Counted from the first letter of the stretch, positions 1 to 7,638 are shown. The stretch: DNA of 19,283 bases from Myxococcota bacterium (GCA_040752415.1 JBFMGU010000204.1:1-19283), one strand, 5' to 3'. The notes: generated by a model not told the origin, from the sequence alone. Translations and numbers: made by a program.

Positions 1-318
1 GTCGCGCCGGCCGGCGTCGGGGCGGGTGGCGTCGGGCGTGGTGGCGTCGGGCGGGGGGCCGCTGTCCACCGGCATGGTCTCACAGCGGTTGGCGGCCGCG
101 TTGCAGCGTCGGCCCTCCGGGCAGTCGCGGTTGGTGGTGCAGCCGGGGATGCACACGCTGTTGCGACAGATCTGCCCCAGCGGACACTGGGAGTTCACCT
201 CGCACTGCGCGGAGCTGCCGCTGCTGCTGCCGGTGCCGGAGGCGCCAACGCAGGAGGCCATCACCAGCACGCAGGCCGCGATCACGGCGCCGCGGGTCAC
301 GGAGAGGGTGCGGAGCAT
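1..318 (-). CDS. Cys-rich putative lipoprotein, N-terminal part (runs off the left edge)
   Basis: Not in the ORF track because its stop lies outside the window. Manual translation from the ATG at 318: MLRTLSVTRGAVIAACVLVMASCVGASGTGSSSGSSAQCEVNSQCPLGQICRNSVCIPGCTTNRDCPEGRRCNAAANRCETMPVDSGPPPDATTPDATRPDAGRRD. It has a signal peptide with a lipobox-like MASC, two C-x5-C-x5-C-x4/6-C modules and a PDA-repeat linker. GGGGG lies upstream of the ATG. Confidence 0.8.
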   Translation of the reverse strand, partial: MLRTLSVTRGAVIAACVLVMASCVGASGTGSSSGSSAQCEVNSQCPLGQICRNSVCIPGCTTNRDCPEGRRCNAAANRCETMPVDSGPPPDATTPDATRPDAGRRD

Positions 319-383
319 GGTCCCCCACTTTGGCAGGCCCCGGCGTCCCACGCCAACGCTCCCGCGCCCCCCGCCCGTCGGCC

Positions 384-411
384 TTGCCCCCTGGCCGCTT
401 TCTGCTACCTG
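384..411 (+). promoter_or_regulatory. Possible sigma70-type promoter for the apbE-like operon
   Basis: TTGCCC (384-389), a 16-bp spacer, then TACCTG (406-411) preceded by TG. It ends 9 nt before the ATG at 421, and no Shine-Dalgarno sequence is visible. The match to consensus is weak. Confidence 0.25.
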
Positions 412-420
412 ACCGCGCTC

Positions 421-1485
421 ATGCGTCGCCACCTCCCGGTCCTGGTGCTCCTGCTGGTTGCCCCGCTTGCCCTGGCACAGGGTACGGACGCCGGCCTGCC
501 CCCGCCGCCACCCACTCCGCCGCCCCCGCCGCCGCCGCCCGCCGTGCTGCGACACACGCGCACCGTGGACGGGCTGCAGCTGCAGGCGCTGATGATGGTG
601 GCGCCCGACGCCGCGGACCCCGCCCGCGCCGCCGCCGACGACGCCTTCGCGGAATACGCGCGGGTGCTGCAGCTCATGGAGGGGATGGACGGCGCCGTGC
701 AGCGCGTGGAGCGCAACGCCGGGGTGGCACCCGTGCCGGTGGCGCCGGAGGCGTTCCTGATCATCAGCGAGGCCGCGCGCATTGCCGCGCTCACCGACGG
801 AGCGTACGACCCGACGGTGGCCGCCTACGCCTCGGCCTGGCCGTTTGACGACATGAACAACAACCAGTCGCCGGCGCCGGAGGAGCTGCAGCGTCGGAGC
901 GCGCTGGTGGACTACAAGCAGCTGGTGGTGGACCCGGTGGCGCAGACCGCGTTGCTGAAGAAGCCCGGCATGAAGCTGGACCTGAAGGAGCCCACGCGCG
1001 GCCTGGCGTTGGACCGCGCCATGACCATCCTGCGTGACAAGGGCTTTGGTGACAGCGTCATCTACGCGGGCGGCGACCTCGTCGTCAGCGGGCACAAGGG
1101 TGGCAAGCGCTGGATGGTGGGCATCCAGGATCCGCGTGGCTCCGGGCACTTCGCGGCGCTGCCGGTGGCGGGCGGCGCCGTGTTCACGGTGGGCGACTAC
1201 GAGCGCAGCTTCATGGAGCGCGGTCGACGTCAACACTCGGTGCTGGACCCGCGCACGGGGCAGCCGGCGCGCGCCGCCCGGAGCGTGACGGTGCTGGCGC
1301 CCACCGGCATTGAAGCCGCGGCCCTCTCGACGGCGGTCTTCGTGATGGGGCCCGAGCGCGGGATGAAGCTGGCGGAGCGCCTGCCCAACGTGAATGCCTT
1401 GATGGTGGATGATCGCAACCGGGTGCTGGCCACGCGCGGTGTTGCGAACAACGTGAAGTACCGGCCGCCCACGGATGGTCCATGA
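421..1485 (+). CDS. apbE: ApbE/Ftp-family (FAD:protein FMN transferase-like) secreted protein with substituted catalytic residues
   Basis: Signal peptide followed by a P5-T-P8 linker. Family motifs: TDGAYDPTV, LVDYKQL, PGMKLDL, AGGDL, WMVGIQDPR, TVGDYER, LDPRTGQP, SVTVLAP, ALSTAVFVMG. Confidence 0.9.
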   Translation: MRRHLPVLVLLLVAPLALAQGTDAGLPPPPPTPPPPPPPPAVLRHTRTVDGLQLQALMMVAPDAADPARAAADDAFAEYARVLQLMEGMDGAVQRVERNAGVAPVPVAPEAFLIISEAARIAALTDGAYDPTVAAYASAWPFDDMNNNQSPAPEELQRRSALVDYKQLVVDPVAQTALLKKPGMKLDLKEPTRGLALDRAMTILRDKGFGDSVIYAGGDLVVSGHKGGKRWMVGIQDPRGSGHFAALPVAGGAVFTVGDYERSFMERGRRQHSVLDPRTGQPARAARSVTVLAPTGIEAAALSTAVFVMGPERGMKLAERLPNVNALMVDDRNRVLATRGVANNVKYRPPTDGP

Positions 1486-2966
1486 AGCTCTTCGACGTTG
1501 CCTACTACGACCGGCTCCAGGCGGAATTCCGTCGGAGCGTGCGCACACTGCTGTTGGACCTGTGCACCCAGCTTGGGGACGAGGGCGCGCGCCTGCCGCT
1601 GCACGTGTACCGCGCCGTGGCGGACGCGCTCCCCGACGACGCGTGGCTGGGATTCAAGGCCGTGGGCTGGGCGGAGGAGCTCAACGACCTCTGCTACTTC
1701 CGTGCGCTGTTGCGCCAGGTGCAGCAGGACGGCGCGCGTGCCGACGCCGAGGGCGTGTTCGCCGAGTGCGAGGAGCAATTCTACGAGAACAGCTACCTCA
1801 CCGACCTCTTCCCGTCGGGACGGCCGGAGGCCCGGGGTCTCACCACGCGCCTGCGCGCGTTGTGCAACCGCCTGGAGCGCCAGGTGACCCAGGAGGCGGT
1901 GCTCCTGCACATTCCCGCGGCCTGCAGCGCGCTCTCGCCGAGGGAGACGTTGCGCACGCCTTGGGACCTGTCCGGCAGCCATGAGCGCGGTGAGCCCGCC
2001 AACGTCATCCCCATGGGCACGCAGGGCGGATGGCTCACGTTGCCGCGGCTGCCCGCCGGGGAGCGCGTGATGGAGCTGCGTCGCTCCGGGTTGCAGTTGA
2101 AAGCGGGACCGCGCGTCATCCAGGTGGCCGGTTCCCCCGACGGAGAACGCTTCCCCGGTCGCTGGGAGCCGCCCACGCCGGTGCCGGGTTTTCCCTCCTT
2201 CACGCTGGGTCCGTCGATCCGGTTCGGGAAGGACAAGACGCCGTCGAAGATCGTGCCCAGCCCGCCGGAGGTGGCGGAGCGCGTGGGGCAGGCGCTGGGG
2301 ACCATCTCGGCGGTTTGGCCCGAGGGATTCACCAACCTGCAGCGCTTCACCTCACGCGTGGTGCCCATCATGGCGCCCGGCGTGGTCAGCTACAGCTACC
2401 GCAACCGCCCGCAGCTTTCGTTCATCAACACCTTCCACCGGGACCAGCTCGATCTCGTCGACGATCTCATCCACGAGAACGCGCACCACCACCTGAACCT
2501 GCTCTTGCGCAAGTACGAGCTCCGACGGGGCGACCACCACCGCGAGATCTTCTACTCACCCTGGCGACGCAGCCTGCGCTCCATCCACGGCATCCTCCAC
2601 GCCAGCTTCACCTTCACCATGGGAGCGCGGCTGTTCGAGCGGATCTCGTCGGCGGCGGGGCGGGGAACAGTGCCGGGTCTCACGCGCCACGACGTCACCC
2701 GCGCCCGCTTCCGCTGCCTGGAGGAGGTGGCGGCCGTGCGTTATTCCCTCAAGGACCTGTACCTGTCTGCGGACCGGCTGCGCTGGATCACCGCGCGCGG
2801 GCGTGAGCTGGTGGTGCTGCTGGACCGGGAGATCTCCGACGTGGAACGCGCCATCCGGTCCCAGCGACCCGCCGTCCTGCGCTCGCCCTTTGGCAAGCAG
2901 CTGCGCACGCGGGAGCAGGAGCTGGCGGACGCACGGGAGCACTTCCGCCTGAAGGACGCGCCATGA
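1482..2966 (+). CDS. HEXXH-motif protein, alphaKG-HExxH peptide beta-hydroxylase-like
   Basis: C-terminal DDLIHENAHHHLNLL followed by FYSPWRRSLRSIHGILHASFTF. This is the HExxH + PWRxxxR + third His arrangement of the family. ATGA overlap with the apbE-like gene. Confidence 0.82.
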   Translation: MKLFDVAYYDRLQAEFRRSVRTLLLDLCTQLGDEGARLPLHVYRAVADALPDDAWLGFKAVGWAEELNDLCYFRALLRQVQQDGARADAEGVFAECEEQFYENSYLTDLFPSGRPEARGLTTRLRALCNRLERQVTQEAVLLHIPAACSALSPRETLRTPWDLSGSHERGEPANVIPMGTQGGWLTLPRLPAGERVMELRRSGLQLKAGPRVIQVAGSPDGERFPGRWEPPTPVPGFPSFTLGPSIRFGKDKTPSKIVPSPPEVAERVGQALGTISAVWPEGFTNLQRFTSRVVPIMAPGVVSYSYRNRPQLSFINTFHRDQLDLVDDLIHENAHHHLNLLLRKYELRRGDHHREIFYSPWRRSLRSIHGILHASFTFTMGARLFERISSAAGRGTVPGLTRHDVTRARFRCLEEVAAVRYSLKDLYLSADRLRWITARGRELVVLLDREISDVERAIRSQRPAVLRSPFGKQLRTREQELADAREHFRLKDAP

Positions 2967-3478
2967 AGGACCGCACCCCCTGTTGCCTGGAGCCCAGGAG
3001 CCGGTGTGGCACGAGGTGGAATGAGCTCCGCACGTGGGTGTTCAAGACCACCGGGAAGGGCATCCGCATCGTCGACCTGCAGGGGGATGAGCAGGGACGC
3101 ACGCCGTTCTTTGCGCAGCCGGTGGGCTATGACGGGCGCTCCTTCTTCGTCGCGCGCGACCAGGGCTGCGACACCGAGAAGCTGCTGCACGAGGCGTGTC
3201 ATTTCTTCATGGCCCCCAAGGAGCGTCGCAACGCGGTGAACTACGGGCTGGGGCCGGTGCCGGGACCCTTCCGCGACGTGGACGACTTCGTCTCCGACAA
3301 CGAGGAGGTGGCCACGTCCCTGCTGGAAGGCAAGCTGGCACCGTACTTCAAGCTGCCCGAGCACAAGCTCTATCGACCGGACTACAACGTGGCGAACCGT
3401 CGTCACCTCAAGTGGGACGAGTGCGAGGAGCGCGCGGAAGAGGTGTTCCAGCGCCTGCTTCCCACGCTGCCGCGCTGA
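2963..3478 (+). CDS. Small HExxH metalloprotein resembling elongation factor P hydroxylase (EpmC/YfcM-like)
   Basis: LLHEACHFFMAPKERRNAVNYGLG...NEEVATS parallels the EpmC pattern LHEIxHWxxAGxxRRxxxD[FY]G...E. ATGA overlap with the upstream gene, and codon usage fits a real gene. The CDS is well supported; the family assignment is tentative. Confidence 0.6.
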   Translation: MKDRTPCCLEPRSRCGTRWNELRTWVFKTTGKGIRIVDLQGDEQGRTPFFAQPVGYDGRSFFVARDQGCDTEKLLHEACHFFMAPKERRNAVNYGLGPVPGPFRDVDDFVSDNEEVATSLLEGKLAPYFKLPEHKLYRPDYNVANRRHLKWDECEERAEEVFQRLLPTLPR

Positions 3479-3510
3479 GAGGTCCCATGACCGCTGCAAA
3501 ACACGTTGGG

Positions 3511-3785
3511 ACGCCGCGGCGGCCGAAGCCGCATGCTGCAAAAGCACGAAGCCGGGCCTCGCGGCGTGCTCGTCTCGCTTGGCCGCGCCTGGCTCGACAT
3601 CGGGCGCCACAAGGAACCCTCGCTGCGTGCATGGTGTCCTGCTCGTCGACGCACAGGATCGCACCGCACCATCACGACGCATCCTGGCCGCACCGACGCC
3701 GAGCCGGGCGCGGCCAAGCGGGACGAGCACGCCGCGAGGCCCGGTTTCGTGCTTTTGCAGCATGCGGCCTCGGCCGCCGCGACGT
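3511..3785. repeat. Long inverted repeat (93-bp arms, 89-bp spacer), REP/MITE-like, between convergent genes
   Basis: 3511-3603 matches the reverse complement of 3693-3785 without gaps, with 7 mismatches by hand count (core GCCGCATGCTGCAAAAGCACGAARCCGGGCCTCGCGGCGTGCTCGTC). Confidence 0.95.
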
Positions 3786-3814
3786 ATGGCGGGTTCTGAC
3801 TGGGATCCCGTGAG

Positions 3815-6800
3815 TCACGGCGGACGGACCAGCGGCACTTCCACGTCGGTGCTCTGCTCCTCGCTGGTGCGCTTCTCCAGCGCGGCCCGGGCTTCCTCCT
3901 GCCAGCGCACCGCGCCCTCCGCGTCGCGGAGCAGGTCACACGCGCGGGCCAGCACCGTGCAGGCGGCGGCCTTGCGGTACGAGCGCAGCGTCGTGAGCTC
4001 GCGGGCGGCGCGGTCGATGAGGGCGCGGGTGTTTTCCCCGGCGCGCGCCGCGGTGAGCTCCGCCTCGACGGCGGTGGCCAGCGCTGCAAGGTCCGCGGTC
4101 CACCACGGAGCTCCGCGCGGAACGGCATCCAGCGCCAGGACGGCACCCGGCACGTCGCCAGCGCGGGTCAACGCCTGCGCCAGGCCCAGCGCGCACAGCG
4201 CGGCCGCGCGGTGCTCCGCGTTGGCCTCCAGCACCGGGAGCGCGGACTCGAAGCAGCTCACCGCACGCTGCGCCCGCGACGGAAGAAGGCACTGGCCCAA
4301 CGTCATCAAGGTCTGCGCGGATTCCAGGGAGAGGCCCGCCTTCTCCAGCGCCAGCACCGACTCCTCCAGCTCCCGCACCGCTTCCGCCGTGCGACCCAGT
4401 CCCACCAGCGCCAGGGCGTGGGCCCGCGTCAGCTCCCCGCGTGCCAGCCGGGCCTCCGTCTCCGGCGTGTCCACCACGGAATCCAGCACCGCCTGCGCAC
4501 GCTCACACACCAGGCGCGCCTCGTCCCAGTCCGGATCCTCGAGGAGACACTGCGCGTGCACCGCGTAGAGACGCGCGCGCCACGTGGCATGGGTCTTCCT
4601 GGGAAGCACGTGGCGGCCCGCCTGCGCCGCCAGGAAAGCGGCCGCGGCGTCCAGGCTCTCCAGGCGCGCGGCGCCGCGGATGTGCCAGGCGTGCGCGCGG
4701 AGTTGGGGGGGCGCGGCAATGTCGTCGGCCACGCCGCCGGCGTGACGGTCCGCCTCCGCCCACGCGCCACGACGACGCGCCAGGTCCGCGAGCGCAAGCC
4801 CCAGGGTGCGGCGTTGGTCCACCTGCTCGTCGGTGAGGAGGGAGACGGCAGTGGTGAGGGCGAGCTCGGCGGCGGCGGCGTCACCTCCGCGCTCCAAGGT
4901 GCGGGCCGCGGAACGCAGGGGCTCCACGGCGTTGGTGGGATGCCTGCCCCGACGGAGATGCGCGGCGATGCGCACCGGGTTGCCCACGAGGTCACCACCA
5001 CCGGCCTGGAGCGCCTGCGCCACCACGTCGTGCCAACGCGCGCGCGTGTCCTGCGGCCAGCTCAGGTACGCCACCTGGCGCATGGTTGCCGACGGAAAGC
5101 GGTAGCCCGCCACCTGGTGGATGAGCGCCGGCGAGAGCACCCCCGCCTCGACGAGACCACCCACCCGCGCGAGCATCTCGCCCAAGGTCAGTGGCGTGTC
5201 GCCGGACTGGAGCACGCGGAAGAGCAGCAGCGCCTCCAGCTCCGGTCCGAGGACACTGCACAGGCGGGCCAGGTCGCGCAGGTGCGGGGGGAGGGCGTCC
5301 AGGCGGAGCTGGCTCATCTCCACGGAGTTGGCCACGTCGGAAATCCCGCTCCAGGCGCGCACGCGGTCCATCCCCGCACGCAGGCGTGAGCGCACCAGCT
5401 CCCCCACCTCCCGCAACGCACCCGCGTTCCCATGCGCGCGCGCCACGATCTCGGTGACGGCGTCGTCGGGAGCGCTGGGCACCAGCTCCGTGAGGATGGC
5501 ACGCGACTCCGCGGGAGCCAGCGGCGGCGCGGCAAGCCAGCGGACGTGCGGCGCGGCCAGGGCCTTGCGCCAGGTGGAGGTGGCGGTGGTGTCGTCGTCA
5601 CTGGCGGTGAGCACCAGCATCACCGGGAGGCCCGGCGCCGCCGCCACCAGGGACTCCAGCAGGGAGAGCGTGGCCGGGTCGGCGTGCTGCACGTCGTGGA
5701 TGCCGAGCAGGAGCTGGGAATGCTTGCCCCGCTGCGCCACGTTCCTGAGCAAGGACATCATGCCCCGCGCGCCGGAGGCTCCGTCGCCCAGGTCGCCCGC
5801 GGTCTTCACGGCTTCCATGCCGGGCTCCCGCCAGGAGGCGGCTCCTCGTCGGGAACGGGGGAGGGCCTGCGCCAGCAGCGACGAGCCGGGCGACTGCGGC
5901 AGCAGCTCCACGTCGGGCCAGCAGCGGACGGTGGCACCGGAGAAACCCAGCGCGGTGGCGCGGCCCGCCAGCTCCGTGAGCACGCGGCTCTTCCCCATGC
6001 CCAGCGGTCCGTGCACCACGACCACCGAGCCCTTCCCGCTGGCCGCCACGTCGAGGATCCGGGTGAGCTCATCCTCCAGCGCGGCCCGGGCGCTCTCCGC
6101 GCGCGCCGTGTCCTCCGACGAGGAACCCACGGGAATCCGCAGCGCGGCGTGCTCCATCCCCCGCGCCTGGAACACCTCCCAGGTGCGCGGCGGTTGACCC
6201 ACCTGCAGCTGGCCCATGGGCCGCCCGTGCAACCCGGGCCCGGCCAGTCGCCACGCGGCCTGCCCGACGAGAACCTGGCTGTCATCCGCCTGCCGCGCCA
6301 GCTCCAGCGCCACCACCGCGGGCCCTCCCACGACGGCAACCTCGCGCTTCAGCGGGCTCCCCAGCTCTCCCAGGTACGCGCGTCCCGCCTCGATGCCCGC
6401 GCGGATGCGCCAGCTGCTCTGCCGCCCGGCGAGACGACCCGACAAATCCAGTGCGCACGCCATGGCCTGCCGCGCGGCCCGTCGGGGTGGGTCCTTGAGC
6501 CCAAAGGCGGCGATTGCCGCGCTGCCGCCGGCCAACACGTCGAGCCGGAGCAGCACACCGTTGTGGGCCGCCACGCTCTGCCTCACGGCGTCGACGCCGG
6601 CGGTGAGGTCCAGCAGCACGGCGTTGTCGTCGGCGGTGTCCGGGTGGTCCGTCTCCAGGGGCAGCGCGGCCATGGTCACCGGGCGCACTTCCGCATTCTC
6701 TCCCAGGCGTCCGTCTCCGTCGCCAACCCGCTCCGCCACGGCGGGAGGCATGAGCACGCGCAACGCGGCGAGGTGACGAGGCGCATCCTGCGCCAGCAGC

Positions 6801-7516
6801 GGCTCCAGGTCGGCCACGCGTGCACGCGGGGAGGCGGCTTCCGGCGGGACGTGGACCACGCGCCGGCCCGCGCCGCGCAGGGGACCAATGTGCGCGCCGC
6901 ACCCGTCGAGGTCGGCGAGAAGCTCCGGCCCTGCCACCAGCTCTCCCGGGCCCGCCGCGTCGCGGAGTTGCGCCACCGTGCGACACAACGAGCCCAACGC
7001 CAGCTGCTCCAGGTGGTCGCCGGCGCGGCCGCACAAGGCCAGGCGGAACCGGCCCTTCTCGACGCCAGCGCGCAGCGTGAAGCTCCCGGCCAGCGTGGAT
7101 TTCAACGTGCTGAGCAGCTCCACCCCGCAGCGCGCGGCGCGTCGGGCGGGGGGCGCGGTCTCGTGGCTGGCCGACCATGACTGCGGGCCCACGCCCGGCG
7201 TGCGCGCGGTGAACATGACGAGGACACCCGCGCCGGAGAACTTCAGCAGGTAGCCCCCTCGGGGGAAGACCGCGTCCTCGAGGATGCGTTGCAGCGCACG
7301 CGCCAGCTCGGCACCGGCGGCGGCCACCTCCTCGTCGGCGGCGGCGCCCCGCGCACGCGTCCGGGCGGGCACTACGTTGAGCTCCGCGGAGAGGAGACAC
7401 CCCTCCACCCACTGGATGCGCGGCTGCAGCACCGCACCGTCCACCACCACCTCCTCGACGAGGTTGTACGGCAGGAACGTGATGAGCCGTTTGAGCGTGG
7501 CCAGGGTGGAGTCCAC
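3815..7516 (-). CDS. STAND-type protein: two degenerate class III adenylate/guanylate cyclase-like domains, AAA ATPase and TPR-like C-terminus
   Basis: Cyclase-like segments GGYLLKFSGAGVLVMF and IRAGIEAGRAYLGELGSPLKREVAVVG. Walker A GPLGMGKS (5987-6010), Walker B region LLLGIHDVQHADPATL, IVARAHGNAG, YRFPSATMRQVAY, and Ala/Leu-rich helical repeats at the C-terminus. Confidence 0.85.
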   Translation of the reverse strand: MDSTLATLKRLITFLPYNLVEEVVVDGAVLQPRIQWVEGCLLSAELNVVPARTRARGAAADEEVAAAGAELARALQRILEDAVFPRGGYLLKFSGAGVLVMFTARTPGVGPQSWSASHETAPPARRAARCGVELLSTLKSTLAGSFTLRAGVEKGRFRLALCGRAGDHLEQLALGSLCRTVAQLRDAAGPGELVAGPELLADLDGCGAHIGPLRGAGRRVVHVPPEAASPRARVADLEPLLAQDAPRHLAALRVLMPPAVAERVGDGDGRLGENAEVRPVTMAALPLETDHPDTADDNAVLLDLTAGVDAVRQSVAAHNGVLLRLDVLAGGSAAIAAFGLKDPPRRAARQAMACALDLSGRLAGRQSSWRIRAGIEAGRAYLGELGSPLKREVAVVGGPAVVALELARQADDSQVLVGQAAWRLAGPGLHGRPMGQLQVGQPPRTWEVFQARGMEHAALRIPVGSSSEDTARAESARAALEDELTRILDVAASGKGSVVVVHGPLGMGKSRVLTELAGRATALGFSGATVRCWPDVELLPQSPGSSLLAQALPRSRRGAASWREPGMEAVKTAGDLGDGASGARGMMSLLRNVAQRGKHSQLLLGIHDVQHADPATLSLLESLVAAAPGLPVMLVLTASDDDTTATSTWRKALAAPHVRWLAAPPLAPAESRAILTELVPSAPDDAVTEIVARAHGNAGALREVGELVRSRLRAGMDRVRAWSGISDVANSVEMSQLRLDALPPHLRDLARLCSVLGPELEALLLFRVLQSGDTPLTLGEMLARVGGLVEAGVLSPALIHQVAGYRFPSATMRQVAYLSWPQDTRARWHDVVAQALQAGGGDLVGNPVRIAAHLRRGRHPTNAVEPLRSAARTLERGGDAAAAELALTTAVSLLTDEQVDQRRTLGLALADLARRRGAWAEADRHAGGVADDIAAPPQLRAHAWHIRGAARLESLDAAAAFLAAQAGRHVLPRKTHATWRARLYAVHAQCLLEDPDWDEARLVCERAQAVLDSVVDTPETEARLARGELTRAHALALVGLGRTAEAVRELEESVLALEKAGLSLESAQTLMTLGQCLLPSRAQRAVSCFESALPVLEANAEHRAAALCALGLAQALTRAGDVPGAVLALDAVPRGAPWWTADLAALATAVEAELTAARAGENTRALIDRAARELTTLRSYRKAAACTVLARACDLLRDAEGAVRWQEEARAALEKRTSEEQSTDVEVPLVRPP

Positions 7517-7522
7517 ACCCGC

Positions 7523-7528
7523 ACCATA
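7523..7528 (-). promoter_or_regulatory. Putative -10 hexamer TATGGT of a leaderless promoter
   Basis: The minus strand reads gcTATGGTgcgggtGTG: a TANNNT hexamer 6 nt before the GTG start at 7516, with no Shine-Dalgarno sequence. Confidence 0.45.
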
Positions 7529-7638
7529 GCCGGGGAGGCTCCCACCGGAGAAACGGCCGCGGGGCGTCCTTGCGCTTGCGTCCCAGCTTGGTGCGCGGCC
7601 ACCCGTGTCAGGGCGAGTGGCCGACGGGCTTCCCGTGG

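Noticed and set aside
26..412. 128-aa plus-strand ORF and 82-aa minus-strand ORF (80-328)
   Set aside because: Both are shadows of the minus-strand Cys-rich lipoprotein frame starting at 318, which has a signal peptide and a coherent Cys pattern.
2741..4146. ORFs spanning the 3.5-3.8 kb gap (2741-3763, 3196-3813, 3403-4146, 3408-3632, 3506-3799) as genes or RiPP precursors
   Set aside because: Their mirrored translations (MLQKHE.GPRGVLV on both strands) come from the inverted repeat. They have no RBS or family motifs, and most overlap real genes.
4211..7412. Long alternative-frame ORFs (392, 358, 582, 376 aa) over the STAND gene
   Set aside because: These are antisense or frame shadows expected in high-GC DNA, with Arg/His/Gly-rich composition and no motifs.
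7597..7623. CGGCCAC...GTGGCCG hairpin after the repeat-protein gene as an intrinsic terminator
   Set aside because: The stem is short with a large loop and no U-tract, so it is not distinguishable from chance.
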